A stretch of 64,000 nt of DNA from Polyangiales bacterium (GCA_964202905.1 CAXNJO010000011.1:96001-160000), one strand, 5' to 3'; numbered from the stretch's first letter, positions 29,961 through 42,275 are shown. The notes: a model not told the origin generated them from the letters alone. Program-made: numbers and translations.

Positions 29961-31301
29961 ATGACGACCCCTCCCGCGCAGCCCGCTCCCCTCCGTCGCG
30001 TCGGCCTCGTGTTCTCGGGCGGCCCGGCCCCGGGCGCCAACTCGGTCATCTCCTCCGTCGCCGTCTCGCTGCTCGATGCGGGTCTCGAGGTCGTGGGCTT
30101 CTTCCACGGCTACTCGAACCTCGAGGGCTACGACCGCGACACGCGCCCGCTCGTCGAGGGCGAGCACTACCGCACGCTCACGGAGAAGGACGTCGGCGAC
30201 CAGCGCAACGCGCGCGGGATCCTCATCGGCACGGCGCGCGCGAACCCGGGCAAGCCCGTCAAGCGCCGCGGCGATCTCGACGACCCGGAGAAGACGGCGG
30301 GCCTGCGGCGCGTGCTCGCCGGCCTCACGGATCTCGGCATCGACGCGCTCGTCTCCATCGGCGGCGACGACACACTGAAGACCGCGAATTACCTGTATCT
30401 GCTGCAGGAGAAGCTGCCTCCCGGCGCGCGTCGCGTGCGCGTGGTGCACGTGCCGAAGACCATCGACAATGATTACCGCGGCATCGACTTCACCTTCGGG
30501 TTCTTCACCGCCGTCGACGTGATGGCGAAGTCTCTGCTCAACCTGCGCGCCGACGCGCTCGCGACGAGCAGCTACTTCATCGTCGAGACGATGGGCCGCA
30601 AGGCAGGGTGGCTCGCGTACGGCGTCGGCATCGCGGGCGAGGCGAACCTCGTCGTCGCCGTCGAGGATGTCGTCGGCCCGCTCGCGACGAGCGAAACGTA
30701 CACGGACGCAGCGGGGCGCATCCGGACACGCACGCGCCTCGACCTTCACGCGCTCGTCGAGCGGATCGTCGACCTCGTCGCGCAGCGCGAGCAGCGCGAT
30801 CAGAAGCACCACGGCACGGTCGTGCTGGCCGAGGGGCTCGGCGAACTGCTCCCCGAGAGCGCGCTCGAGGGACTCGCCCGGGACGAGCACGGGCACGTCG
30901 CGCTCGGGCGCCTCGACTTCGGCAAGCTCGTCGCGCGGCTCGTCGGCGAGCGCTACGGCGCGCGCACGGGGCGCAAGAAGAAGATCACCGGCGTGCAGCT
31001 CGGCTACGAGGCACGCTCGGCCGCACCGCACGCGTTCGACGTGATGCTCGGCTCACAGCTCGGCGTCGGCGCGTACCGCGCGCTCGTCGAGGAGGGGCTC
31101 GACGGACACATGGTCTCGGTCAGCGGGCAGCTCGACCTGCGCTACGTGCCGTTCGCCGAGCTCGTCGATCCGGAGACGCTCGTGACGGAGGTGCGCCTCA
31201 TCGAGACGGGCAGCGATTTTCAGCGTCTCGCGCGCCTGCTCGAGACGCGCGTCGAGGCGGGCTGGGCGCCCGGTCGGCGCACCGAGCCCGGCGAGCGCTG
31301 A
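29961..31301 (+). CDS. PfkA-family phosphofructokinase, probably PPi-dependent
   Basis: SGGPAPG, GGDDT, PKTIDND, ETMGR, LGYEAR. Confidence 0.88.
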   Translation: MTTPPAQPAPLRRVGLVFSGGPAPGANSVISSVAVSLLDAGLEVVGFFHGYSNLEGYDRDTRPLVEGEHYRTLTEKDVGDQRNARGILIGTARANPGKPVKRRGDLDDPEKTAGLRRVLAGLTDLGIDALVSIGGDDTLKTANYLYLLQEKLPPGARRVRVVHVPKTIDNDYRGIDFTFGFFTAVDVMAKSLLNLRADALATSSYFIVETMGRKAGWLAYGVGIAGEANLVVAVEDVVGPLATSETYTDAAGRIRTRTRLDLHALVERIVDLVAQREQRDQKHHGTVVLAEGLGELLPESALEGLARDEHGHVALGRLDFGKLVARLVGERYGARTGRKKKITGVQLGYEARSAAPHAFDVMLGSQLGVGAYRALVEEGLDGHMVSVSGQLDLRYVPFAELVDPETLVTEVRLIETGSDFQRLARLLETRVEAGWAPGRRTEPGER

Positions 31302-33035
<1,734 letters not shown>

Positions 33036-33042
33036 TCGGTTG

Positions 33043-33073
33043 GGGAGCATGGGATTTGAAATCCCGTGCTCCC
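33043..33073. terminator. 14-bp stem hairpin between convergent pgi and glgB
   Basis: GGGAGCATGGGATT-TGA-AATCCCGTGCTCCC; no clear U-tract. Confidence 0.6.
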
Positions 33074-33089
33074 GGGTCATGACACGCGC

Positions 33090-35303
33090 TCAGTCGTCGA
33101 GCGGCTCGAGCCAAAGCACGCTGAGCGGCGCGAGATCGAGCGCCGCGCTGCACGGGAGCCCATAGCGGGGGACGTCTTCGGCGACGAGGTCGGGGCGCGT
33201 CTCGCCGCGCGCGCCGCCGAACGCCGCGTCCTCGGTGTCGAGCACGACGCGGTAGCGCCCGGGGCGCGGGAGCGCGACGCGGTGGCCGACGCGCGGTGTA
33301 CCGCCGTAGTGGCCCACGACGACGAGCTCGCGTCCGGACGAGGGCGCGATGCGGCGGTAGACGACGACGTTCGCGTCGCGGTCGTCCGGGTCGATCCAGC
33401 GGAAGCCGGCGTGCGTGCCGTCGGCCTCGAAGAGCGCGGGATGCCCGGTGTAGTGCGCGTTGAGCGTGCCGATCAGGGCCCTCATGCCCGCCCCGCCCGG
33501 CTCGTCGAGACGATGCCATTCCAGGCTGCCGTCGTGGTTCCACTCGCCGCGCTGCGCGAGCTCGCCGCCCATGAAGAGCAGCTTGCGGCCGGGCCGCGAC
33601 CACATGGTCGCGTAGAGCGCGCGCAGGCCCGCGTGTTTCTGCGCGTCGTCGCCCGGCATCTTCGCGAGGAGCGAGCCCTTCAGGTGCACGACCTCGTCGT
33701 GCGAGAGCGGCAGCACGAAGGCCTCGCTGTCCATGTACATCACGCCGAACGTGAGGCGATGGTGGTGGTGCACGCGTCCGAGCGGATCTTGCTGGAAGTA
33801 CGCGAGCGTGTCGTGCATCCAGCCCATGTCCCACTTGAGATCGAAGCCGAGTCCGCCCTCGCGCGTCGGGTGCGTGACGCGGGGCCAGGCCGTCGACTCT
33901 TCGGCGACGAGCAGCGCGCCCGGGTGCAGGCGATGCACGGTGTCGGTCAACTCGCGGAAGAACGCGACGGCCTCGAGGTTCTCGCGGCCGCCGTGCGCGT
34001 TCGGCTCCCACTCGCCCTCTTTGCGGCTGTAGTCGAGGTAGAGCATCGAGGCGACGGCGTCGACGCGCAGGCCGTCGATGTGGAACGCGTCGAGCCAGTA
34101 GAGCGCGCTCGCGAGGAGGAAGTTGCGGACCTCGTTGCGACCGAGGTTGAAGACGAGCGTGCCCCAGTCCGGGTGCTCGCCCTTGCGTGGGTCGAGATGT
34201 TCGTAGACGGCGCTGCCGTCGAAGCGCGCGAGCGCCCACGCGTCCCGCGGAAAATGCGCGGGTACCCAGTCGAGCAGCACGCCGATGCCGCGCGCGTGAA
34301 ACGCATCGACCAGCGCGCGCAGATCGTCGGGCGGGCCCCAGCGCGCGGTCGGCGCGAAGTAGCTCGTGACCTGATAGCCCCACGAGCCGCCGAAGGGGTG
34401 CTCCATCACGGGCAGAAGCTCCACGTGCGTGAAGCCGAGCGAGGCGACGTGATCGACGAGGACCCCGACGTGCTCGGCGTACGTGAGCGCGCGGCGGCCC
34501 TCCTCGACGACGCGGCGGAAGGAGCCGAGGTGCACCTCGTAGATCGAGAGCGGACGCGTGCGCGGATCGAAGTCGCGACGCGCCGCGAGCCATGCGTCGT
34601 CGCGCCATGCGTGCCGCGCGACGTCGACCACGGAGGCCGTCGAGGGGGGCGGGAGCGTGCGAAACGCGAGTGGATCCGCCTTCTTGGCGACGAGTCCGTG
34701 CACGGTGCGGATCTCGTACTGATAGAGCGCGCCCGGACCGAGGTCGGGGACGAAGAGCTCCCACACGCCGGACTTCCCGAGGCGGCGCATCGGGTGCGCG
34801 CGGCCATCCCAGCGGTTGAAATCGCCGACGACGCTGACGCGCTCGGCCTCGGGCGCCCACACCGCGAACGCGACGCCGTCGACCGCCGTCCCCGCCCCGA
34901 AGGTGGGGCGCAGGGGGCGCGCGCCGAGGCGCTCCCAGAGGCGCTCGTGGCGCCCCTCTCCGATCAGGTGCAGGTCGATGGGACCGAGCGTCGGGAGAAA
35001 CGCGTAGGCGTCCCACGTCGTCCAGCTCGCGCCGCTCGCGTAGCGCGCCTCGAGCCGGTAGGCGGGCACCTCGCGCGCGCCGGGGAGAACGCCCTCGAAG
35101 ACGCCATCCGGGTGGATGCGCGTGAGCGGGATGTCCATGCCGCCGTCGACCCGCGCGACGACCTCCGTCGCGTCGGGCCGCAGCGCGCGGACGAGGACGC
35201 CGTCTGGGATCGCGTGCGGGCCGAGGAACGTATGCGGATCCGTGTGCGTTCCGGCGACGATGCGCCGCAGGTCTTCGGTGTGTGGGGGCATCGGGGGGCT
35301 CAT
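33090..35303 (-). CDS. glgB: 1,4-alpha-glucan branching enzyme (GH13)
   Basis: FAVWAP, IYEVHLGS, SWGYQ, DWVPAHFP, GLRVDAVASMLY, AEEST, LSHDEVVH. Confidence 0.96.
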   Translation of the reverse strand: MSPPMPPHTEDLRRIVAGTHTDPHTFLGPHAIPDGVLVRALRPDATEVVARVDGGMDIPLTRIHPDGVFEGVLPGAREVPAYRLEARYASGASWTTWDAYAFLPTLGPIDLHLIGEGRHERLWERLGARPLRPTFGAGTAVDGVAFAVWAPEAERVSVVGDFNRWDGRAHPMRRLGKSGVWELFVPDLGPGALYQYEIRTVHGLVAKKADPLAFRTLPPPSTASVVDVARHAWRDDAWLAARRDFDPRTRPLSIYEVHLGSFRRVVEEGRRALTYAEHVGVLVDHVASLGFTHVELLPVMEHPFGGSWGYQVTSYFAPTARWGPPDDLRALVDAFHARGIGVLLDWVPAHFPRDAWALARFDGSAVYEHLDPRKGEHPDWGTLVFNLGRNEVRNFLLASALYWLDAFHIDGLRVDAVASMLYLDYSRKEGEWEPNAHGGRENLEAVAFFRELTDTVHRLHPGALLVAEESTAWPRVTHPTREGGLGFDLKWDMGWMHDTLAYFQQDPLGRVHHHHRLTFGVMYMDSEAFVLPLSHDEVVHLKGSLLAKMPGDDAQKHAGLRALYATMWSRPGRKLLFMGGELAQRGEWNHDGSLEWHRLDEPGGAGMRALIGTLNAHYTGHPALFEADGTHAGFRWIDPDDRDANVVVYRRIAPSSGRELVVVGHYGGTPRVGHRVALPRPGRYRVVLDTEDAAFGGARGETRPDLVAEDVPRYGLPCSAALDLAPLSVLWLEPLDD

Positions 35304-37819
35304 GGACGCGCGGCTCCTTCGCGGCTCTCGGGCTCGCGCGGGGCCGCGGAGTCCCTCAGCGCGCGGCCGCTCCGCGTGACGAGGGGCGACACGCGGAGCG
35401 CCTCGAGCAGGGGATCGTCGACACCGATCGGGCAGCCGTCGAGCAGCGCCTCGTAGAGCGCCTCTTGCGCGCGGTCGACATCGGGGGACGCGCCGAGACG
35501 GCCCGCGAGCCGCACGAGCGCGAGCGCCTCTTCCCGCTGTGCGCGCGCGTCGTCCGTCGCACCCGCGACGCAGGCCCGCACGGAATCGAGGACGAGACGC
35601 GCGAGCAGGTCGTCGGCGGCGCGGAGATCGAGCGCAAAGCCGCGCGCGCGCGCTTCGTCGGCGATGCGCACGGCGAGGCCGTACGCCTCCGCATCGCGCG
35701 AGCCGTTGGGCACGCGCAGCGCGACGTCGAAGCGGCGCGAGAGCGCGAGCTCGGCCGCGACGCGCAGCTCGCGCGGCAGCGGAAAGCCCGCCGCGTGCAG
35801 CAGATCGATGGTGCGCGCGTGGTCTTCGTAGGCCTGCGCGTAGGTCGCCCCGATGCGCCCCGCCAGCTCGCCGAGGAGCGCCTCCGAGATGCGCTCGCGC
35901 TCGCTCGGGAGCACCGCCTCGAGGCCGCGCTCGGCCGGTCCGAAGGCCTCGTGCAGGAGCCGGAGCAGGGCCGGCAGCCCCGCCCGCGGGAAGGCCTCCC
36001 ACACCTGTTCGCAGGCGTCGACGAAGTCGGACTCGCCCGTGAATGGGCGCAGCGCGCAAGCGAAATCGACGCCACCGAGGTGCAGCGCGGCCGCGATGCG
36101 CTCGGTCTCGCTGCCCGTCGTCCGCGACGCGACGGCGATGCGGGCCGTGGCGAGCGTGAGGCTGCCGCGCGTCTCGACCCGCAGGTCCGTCGTTTCCCAG
36201 CGGTGGAGGGGGCCCGCGTCGCCGCGCGGGGCCGGGGTCTCGCGTCCGGCACGTGCGACCGCGCCGATGGCGACGTTGGCCGCGACGGTCTCGCTCGTGA
36301 CGCGGGTCGGGACGACCTGCCGATGCCAGAGATCGACGCCCGTGCCGTGGGCATCGAGGTTGCTGCGCGCCTCGCCGAGCGCTTCGAGGAAGCGGCGCTC
36401 GGGCGGAGTCCCGCCCGCCTCGGCGACGAGATCGAGCGCGCGGCCCGCGTAGCGCATGACCTGCAACGTCTCGATTCCGCTGAGATCCGAGAAGAACCAG
36501 CCGCAGCTCGTGTACGCGAGCATCGCGTGCCGCGACGCCTCGAGCAGCGCGAGCGCGCGCGTGCGGCGCGCCGGATCGCCCGCGACACCGCCGCGCGCGT
36601 GCAGGCGGAGGAAGGCGTCGGAACTCGCACGGCCGAGCAGGACGTCGATGTACGCGTCGCGGGCCGCCCACGGGTCGGCGAAGAGCCCGGCGCCCGCATC
36701 CTCGAGCAGCGCGGCCGTCGCGTCGCGGACGACGTCCATCGCGGCGCGCAGCGGGCCGCGCCAGCGCTGGTCCCAGCCGTCGCGACCCCCGGTCGAGCAC
36801 CCGCAGTCGCGGATCCAGCGGCCGACGCCGTGCGCGCAGCTCCACGACGAGCCCTCGCCCGCGGGGCCGGCCTCGAGCTGGACGTCGAAGCGGGGCGGGT
36901 ACCGATCGAGGAACTCGCCGTAGTTCGTCACCTCGAAGCCGCGCCGCGGCGCCTCGACTTCGAGCGCGTAGGCGAGCCCGCGATCGCCCCACTTGAAGTG
37001 GTGTCCGTAGCTCTCGCCGTCGGTCGCGATGTGCACCGCGCGCCCGTCGTCGCCGCCGCGCGCTGCTTGCTGGAACCGCGCGACGAGCGCCTCGCTCGAC
37101 GCGAGCAACCCCTCGAACGCGATGCCGCGCGCGATCGCCCCATCGTAGAAGAACACCGCGAGCGAGCGCCCCGAGCCGTCCGACGCGACCCAGCGGTACG
37201 CCACGCCCGGGTCGATGCGCCCGCCCGACACGTCGAACCATGGGCGCGCGCCGTCCTGGCTGCGGACCCGCACGCGTGCCGCCTGATATGGAGAGAGCAG
37301 CACGTACCGCAGGCCCTGATCAGCGAGCACGCGCATGGTGCGCTCGTCGACCGCCGTCTCCGGGCACCAGAGCGACTCGGCCTCGCGCCCGAAACGGTGC
37401 CGGAAGTCCGCGAGCCCCCAGCGCACCTGCGTGACGAGGTCGCGGTCCGAGCAGAGCGGCAGAATCGCGTGGCCGTGGCCGTGCGCCATCGCGTTGCCGT
37501 GGCCCCCGCGCTGCCGGACGCTGCGCCGATCGGCGACCACGATACGCGCGTAGGTGGCGGGGTGCGTGCGCTCCATCCACGAGAGCAGCGTCGGCCCGAA
37601 GTCGAAGCTCAGGTGCGCGTAGTTGTCGACGACGCGCAGCAGGCGCCCGCGCTCGTCGACGATGCGGGCCACGGAGTTCGGCCGGTAGCACTCGGCTTGA
37701 ATCCGCTCGTTCCAGTCGCGGAAGGGCGCGGCGCTCGGCTCGCGGTCCACGACGCCCGACCAGGGGTTCTCGCGGGGCGGCTGGTAGAAGTGGCCGTGGA
37801 CGATCAGCGCGGTCGGCAT
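35300..37819 (-). CDS. glycoside hydrolase family 57 protein with DUF3536
   Basis: HGHFYQPPRENPW, FGPTLLSW, WCPETA, TDGESYGHH, SWSCAHGVGRW, YTSCGWFF; ATGA overlap with glgB. Confidence 0.9.
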   Translation of the reverse strand: MPTALIVHGHFYQPPRENPWSGVVDREPSAAPFRDWNERIQAECYRPNSVARIVDERGRLLRVVDNYAHLSFDFGPTLLSWMERTHPATYARIVVADRRSVRQRGGHGNAMAHGHGHAILPLCSDRDLVTQVRWGLADFRHRFGREAESLWCPETAVDERTMRVLADQGLRYVLLSPYQAARVRVRSQDGARPWFDVSGGRIDPGVAYRWVASDGSGRSLAVFFYDGAIARGIAFEGLLASSEALVARFQQAARGGDDGRAVHIATDGESYGHHFKWGDRGLAYALEVEAPRRGFEVTNYGEFLDRYPPRFDVQLEAGPAGEGSSWSCAHGVGRWIRDCGCSTGGRDGWDQRWRGPLRAAMDVVRDATAALLEDAGAGLFADPWAARDAYIDVLLGRASSDAFLRLHARGGVAGDPARRTRALALLEASRHAMLAYTSCGWFFSDLSGIETLQVMRYAGRALDLVAEAGGTPPERRFLEALGEARSNLDAHGTGVDLWHRQVVPTRVTSETVAANVAIGAVARAGRETPAPRGDAGPLHRWETTDLRVETRGSLTLATARIAVASRTTGSETERIAAALHLGGVDFACALRPFTGESDFVDACEQVWEAFPRAGLPALLRLLHEAFGPAERGLEAVLPSERERISEALLGELAGRIGATYAQAYEDHARTIDLLHAAGFPLPRELRVAAELALSRRFDVALRVPNGSRDAEAYGLAVRIADEARARGFALDLRAADDLLARLVLDSVRACVAGATDDARAQREEALALVRLAGRLGASPDVDRAQEALYEALLDGCPIGVDDPLLEALRVSPLVTRSGRALRDSAAPREPESREGAARP

Positions 37820-37882
37820 CGCCGGGCAGCGTACCCGCAAATGCGCGGCGTGCGCCCCCGGATGCGAAGCCTCCGTGCGCCA

Positions 37883-38968
37883 TCACAGGGCGGCAGGGGG
37901 GGCGAGCGGCAAGGCCTCGGGCAGTGTCGCCTCGGCCTCGGCCTCGGGCACGACGCGCATCGCGAAGATGAGGGGAGGGCGCGGACCGGTCGGCGGCAGC
38001 GCGGGGCCGAGGACGTCGGGGCGCACGGCTCGAAACCAGACCTCCCCGCCGTCCTGCTCCGCATCGCTCAGCAGGAGCGTCCCCGGGTAGGCGGTGCGGC
38101 TGCCGCAAGCGACGGTCGGCGCGAGGAAGCGGTCCGTGAGCGTCTGCGCCGACGCCGTGGTCGGCGGCCAGTGCGCGTGGACGAGTTCCACTCCGCGACC
38201 GACCGCGATCCACGCGCGGCAGCCCCCGTGGCCGGCGTCGGGGGGGCGAACCTCGAGCGGCGTGCCCGGCGACGCGGCCGCCACCGCGACGCGGACCACG
38301 GCCTCGCTCGACGTCCAGCCAGCCGACCCGAGCCGGCTCTCGGCGTCGGCGAACGCGAGCGCCACGTCCGACGGGAGACCCGTCTCGCGCAAGGTATCGG
38401 GCGTGAGCCATGGCGCCGCGTACGCCCGGAGTCGAACTTGTCCCATTCCTGATACTGCGAGTCGATCGCCCCCGCAGGCGCCCACCCAGAGGAGTTCCTT
38501 CGAGCAGGGGCCATGGTGTGGCTCCCCCGCCGCCGCGCCGCGGTCGATGATCCCGCCGCGCTCCGCACGGACGGCGACCAACCCGCACGCCCCGTCGAGA
38601 CCCTCCGCGGGGCGATCGAGCGGGAGCGGCAGCGGGGGGCTCCAGTCGCCATCGGGGACCAGGCCGAGCGCGGCGAGGCGCGCGTCGAAGTCCGGGCCGT
38701 CGGGCATGCCTGCGAACGCGATGTCGGGCCCGCCGTGTCCCTCGGCGCAGTGCGGCACCGGCAGCGCGGAGAGCGCGGCGTGGGCCCCTGCGAAGGGCTC
38801 CGCCGGCGCGGCGACCGTGCCGCCCCCGCGCCGCTCGGTCAGGCCCTCGAGGCCGTCGACCGCCCACAGCGTGAGGAAGCCGGCCACGAGAAGGAGCGTG
38901 ACGAGCGCGGCGGCGATCGGAGCGCCCCGGGCGGCCTTCGTCGGTTTCGGCGCTTCACCGCGGCTCAT
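37883..38968 (-). CDS. hypothetical membrane-anchored protein
   Basis: AAGGAG RBS, N-terminal TM helix, two similar Cys-containing segments (GACGLVAV / GGCRAWIAV). Confidence 0.6.
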   Translation of the reverse strand: MSRGEAPKPTKAARGAPIAAALVTLLLVAGFLTLWAVDGLEGLTERRGGGTVAAPAEPFAGAHAALSALPVPHCAEGHGGPDIAFAGMPDGPDFDARLAALGLVPDGDWSPPLPLPLDRPAEGLDGACGLVAVRAERGGIIDRGAAAGEPHHGPCSKELLWVGACGGDRLAVSGMGQVRLRAYAAPWLTPDTLRETGLPSDVALAFADAESRLGSAGWTSSEAVVRVAVAAASPGTPLEVRPPDAGHGGCRAWIAVGRGVELVHAHWPPTTASAQTLTDRFLAPTVACGSRTAYPGTLLLSDAEQDGGEVWFRAVRPDVLGPALPPTGPRPPLIFAMRVVPEAEAEATLPEALPLAPPAAL

Positions 38969-39032
38969 GTCGGCTCCTTCTCGACGCGCCGCCGCTTCCC
39001 GGCCCCGCCCCGCGCGTGGTAGCACGCCCCGC

Positions 39033-39848
39033 ATGCCGACGACCCCCGACGCGCCGCCCGCCCCCGCCATGCCCGACCCGCAGGACGGCCGCACGCTCCC
39101 GCGCCTCACGGAGGTGATGCAGCGCCTCCTCGCGCCGGACGGCTGTCCGTGGGACCGCGAACAAACGCTCCAGACGCTGCGTCCTTTCGTGATCGAGGAG
39201 GCGCACGAGGTCGTCGACGCCATCGACGAGGGCTCGCCCGCGGCGCTGCGCGAGGAGCTCGGCGACCTGCTGATGCAGATCGTCTTCCAGTCGGAACTGG
39301 CCAACGCGCAGGGCTGGTTCGGCCTCGACGACGTCGTCGCCGGCGTGGTCGAGAAGCTCGTCCGCCGCCACCCGCACGTCTTCGGCGACACGCGCGTCTC
39401 GGGCACGGAGGAGGTCCTCGCGAACTGGGAAAAGCTCAAGGCCGAGGAAAAGAAGGGCCGGGGCCTCCTCGACGGCTTGCCCCGTTCGCTGCCCGCGTTG
39501 CTGCGCGCCGTGCGGATCGGTGAGAAGGCGGCGCGGGTCGGTTACGACTGGCCCGATCTGTCGGGTGTCCGCGCGAAGGTCGACGAGGAGCTCGCGGAGC
39601 TCGACGTGGCGCTCGCGACCGAAGAGACCGCCCGCGCGGAGGCGGAACTCGGGGATGTCCTCTTCGCGCTCGCGAGCCTGGCTCGCAAGCGGGGGCTCGA
39701 CCCGGAGGCGGCGCTCCGCGGCACGCTCGATCGGTTCACGAACCGGGTGCAGGCGGCCGAGGGGCTCGCGCGCGATGCCGGGACGACCCTCCCATCGCTC
39801 GATGACGCAGGCCGTGACGCGCTCTGGGAGCGCGTCAAACGCGGCTGA
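39033..39848 (+). CDS. mazG: nucleoside triphosphate pyrophosphohydrolase
   Basis: GCPWDREQT, EEAHEVVDAI, EELGDLL, RRHPHVF, second EEL...ELGDVLF domain. Confidence 0.95.
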   Translation: MPTTPDAPPAPAMPDPQDGRTLPRLTEVMQRLLAPDGCPWDREQTLQTLRPFVIEEAHEVVDAIDEGSPAALREELGDLLMQIVFQSELANAQGWFGLDDVVAGVVEKLVRRHPHVFGDTRVSGTEEVLANWEKLKAEEKKGRGLLDGLPRSLPALLRAVRIGEKAARVGYDWPDLSGVRAKVDEELAELDVALATEETARAEAELGDVLFALASLARKRGLDPEAALRGTLDRFTNRVQAAEGLARDAGTTLPSLDDAGRDALWERVKRG

Positions 39849-39881
39849 CCGTAACCCTGTCGACGACCTCCGGTTCGACCC

Positions 39882-40994
39882 ATGTCTCGCCCCGTGAACG
39901 CCCAGCTCGCCGGATGTGAGGGCGCGGCGCCCAAGCGGCCCCAGGGCGGGGTGCACGGTGTTCGGCGGAGTCCTGGTCCCTGCGCACTTCTCGCGGCCAT
40001 CGCGGGGCTCCTTCTGGTTGGATGCGGCGGATCGCTCTCGGTGACTGCCCGGTTGCCGCGCCCCGCGAGGCTCGCCGCGCGTGCTTTCCCCCTCGTCTAC
40101 ATCACCTCGGCGGGGGACCTCGACGCCGAGATGTTGGCCGAGGCGCTCGCGAGACACCTCGAGGCGCCCGGCGGTCTCGCCTCGAGCCGCCCTGTGCGGG
40201 CTGAGCGCCTCGCACCCGAGGCGGTGGCGCGGCTGCGCGCGGGAGGCCGTGTCGGGTCGGTATCGATTGTGATTCGCGTTGCTGTTGAGTATCACGAGGA
40301 CTACAGACTTGACTACGCCTCGCGTCCCATGACCGTCTGTGGTCCCGGCGGTTGCGCGCTCACGCCCCGCCCGCGCCAGGCCGACCTCGCCACCTTGCGG
40401 GCGCGCGCCCGCTTCGCCGTCGAGGACGGCCCGAGCGGTCGGCGGCTCGAGGTCGTGACCCTCGAGGTTCGCGACGAAGGCGGCGATCCGTTGTCGATGC
40501 GCGCGCGGGCCCTTCTCGAACTCCGGCAGCGGCTGCCCACGCTCGTCGATGGCGGGCAGCGCGAGGTCGAGCTGCCGCTTCTACCAGTGGACGACCCGGG
40601 CGCCCGAGTCGCCGTCGCGCTCGCCGAAGCAGGGGATTGGGCCGGTGCGGCTGAGGCGTTTCGCCGTCTCGTCGCAGCCCCGGACTTCACCGGGCGCACG
40701 ACCGCCGGCCGGGCGGCGCTGCTCTTCGACCTCGGTCAGGCGATCCGCGCGTCGCCCGCCGCCGGGCAGCAGGACGCGCTTGCCCGGCTCGATGGGGCCG
40801 CTGACGCGCTGCGCGCCGCGCTGCGCCTCGACCTGCGCCCGCTCTTCGCCGAGGCGCTCGCGGCGCTCGACGCCCAGCGGCGGGATGTGCAACGCGCCGC
40901 CGCGCAGCACGAGGCCGCGGCGCACAACTTCGGACTCGCCGCGCCTCCCGCCCAGCCGGGCGGCATACCGGCGGTGCCCGAAGGGTATCGTTAG
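39882..40994 (+). CDS. hypothetical lipoprotein with C-terminal TPR-like helices
   Basis: Lipobox LLVGC; AALLFDLGQA; start may be later (GTG 39951). Confidence 0.6.
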   Translation: MSRPVNAQLAGCEGAAPKRPQGGVHGVRRSPGPCALLAAIAGLLLVGCGGSLSVTARLPRPARLAARAFPLVYITSAGDLDAEMLAEALARHLEAPGGLASSRPVRAERLAPEAVARLRAGGRVGSVSIVIRVAVEYHEDYRLDYASRPMTVCGPGGCALTPRPRQADLATLRARARFAVEDGPSGRRLEVVTLEVRDEGGDPLSMRARALLELRQRLPTLVDGGQREVELPLLPVDDPGARVAVALAEAGDWAGAAEAFRRLVAAPDFTGRTTAGRAALLFDLGQAIRASPAAGQQDALARLDGAADALRAALRLDLRPLFAEALAALDAQRRDVQRAAAQHEAAAHNFGLAAPPAQPGGIPAVPEGYR

Positions 40995-41015
40995 AGATAC
41001 GAGCGCTGCGGGCCG

Positions 41016-42275
41016 TCACAGGCGCGCGGGGGGAATCGCGACGACGTCGTCGATGTGCGCTGCGCGGAGCACCAGCATCACCAGACGATCGACGCCCAGC
41101 GCGTTGCCGCCGGAAGGCGGGATCCCCTCCGAGAGCGCGTCGAGGAAGCGCTCGTCGATCGGATAGACCTCCTTCCCGAGCGCGGCGCGCTCGCGCTGAT
41201 CACGCAAGAGGCGCGCGCGCTGCTCCTGCGCGTCGATGAGCTCGCTGAAGCCGTTGGAGAGCTCCATTCCGTCGACGAAGGCCTCGACGCGCTCGGCGAT
41301 CCCGGGCTGCTGCGGATCGAGCCGCGCGAGGGACGCCATGCTCGCCGGCCAGCCGGTCAGGAAGGTCGGGCGCCCGCGCCCGAGCTGCGGTTCGACGCGC
41401 TCTGTCAGCAGGCGGAAGAAGTGCTCCTCGGACGCGAGCGCGTCGTCGAGCCGCGTGCCCGCGTAGCGGTCGAACGCCTCCGCAAGCGTGAGGCGCTCCC
41501 AGGGCGGAGTGAGATCGAGCAAGCCCTCGCGCGCGGGGACGACCGTCGCCCCGTCGTGGAGCGAGCGCGCGACGTGCGCGACGAGCTCCTCGGTGTCGCG
41601 CATGACCTCCTGCATCCCCGCGAACGAGCGGTACCACTCGAGCATCGTGAACTCGGGGTGGTGCCGCTGACCCAGTTCGCCGCGCCGGAAACAGCGGCCA
41701 ATCTGGTAGATGCGGGGCAGCCCGGCGGCGAGCAGGCGCTTCATCTGATACTCAGGGCTCGTCCCGAGCCAACGTGGGGCGCCGGCGCCGACGACCTCGA
41801 GGGCGTCGAGGTGGAGGTCGAGCCCCGGACTCGGCACCGCCAGTGGCGTCTCCACCTCCGTGAACGCCCGCTGGTCGAAGAACGCGCGGATGGCGCGCAG
41901 CACGGCCGCGCGGCCGAGTAAGTTGCGGAGACGTCGGCCGCCCTCGGCATGGGCCCACGCGAAATCTCCGCCGGGACGTGGAAACGGCCCATCCGGCACG
42001 GAGACCACGCGGCACGCCGTTTCAATGAGGCGCATGCCGTCCCACAGGCCCTCGCACACCACCCACGAACCCAAGAGGGGCACGGGCGAACAACGGACCT
42101 CGAGCGTCCCCGTCACGTCGTGCACGAGTGCCGTCCCGCCCCCGGAGGCCCCGTCCCCCAACCGAACGTCCGCCCCGTCGTCGGTGGCTACGACGCGGCC
42201 ACCGATGCGTGCTCGGGATGCCGGCGGTTGGCGCCTCACGACCTCGATCGGGGAGCGGGGCGCCGCCGGCGGCAT
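41016..42275 (-). CDS. epmA: EF-P beta-lysylation ligase (GenX/PoxA) with N-terminal extension
   Basis: EVETP, TSPEYQMKRLLA, FRRGE..HHPEFTMLEWYR, ELSNGFSEL, GNALGVDRL; directly downstream of efp. Confidence 0.93.
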   Translation of the reverse strand: MPPAAPRSPIEVVRRQPPASRARIGGRVVATDDGADVRLGDGASGGGTALVHDVTGTLEVRCSPVPLLGSWVVCEGLWDGMRLIETACRVVSVPDGPFPRPGGDFAWAHAEGGRRLRNLLGRAAVLRAIRAFFDQRAFTEVETPLAVPSPGLDLHLDALEVVGAGAPRWLGTSPEYQMKRLLAAGLPRIYQIGRCFRRGELGQRHHPEFTMLEWYRSFAGMQEVMRDTEELVAHVARSLHDGATVVPAREGLLDLTPPWERLTLAEAFDRYAGTRLDDALASEEHFFRLLTERVEPQLGRGRPTFLTGWPASMASLARLDPQQPGIAERVEAFVDGMELSNGFSELIDAQEQRARLLRDQRERAALGKEVYPIDERFLDALSEGIPPSGGNALGVDRLVMLVLRAAHIDDVVAIPPARL

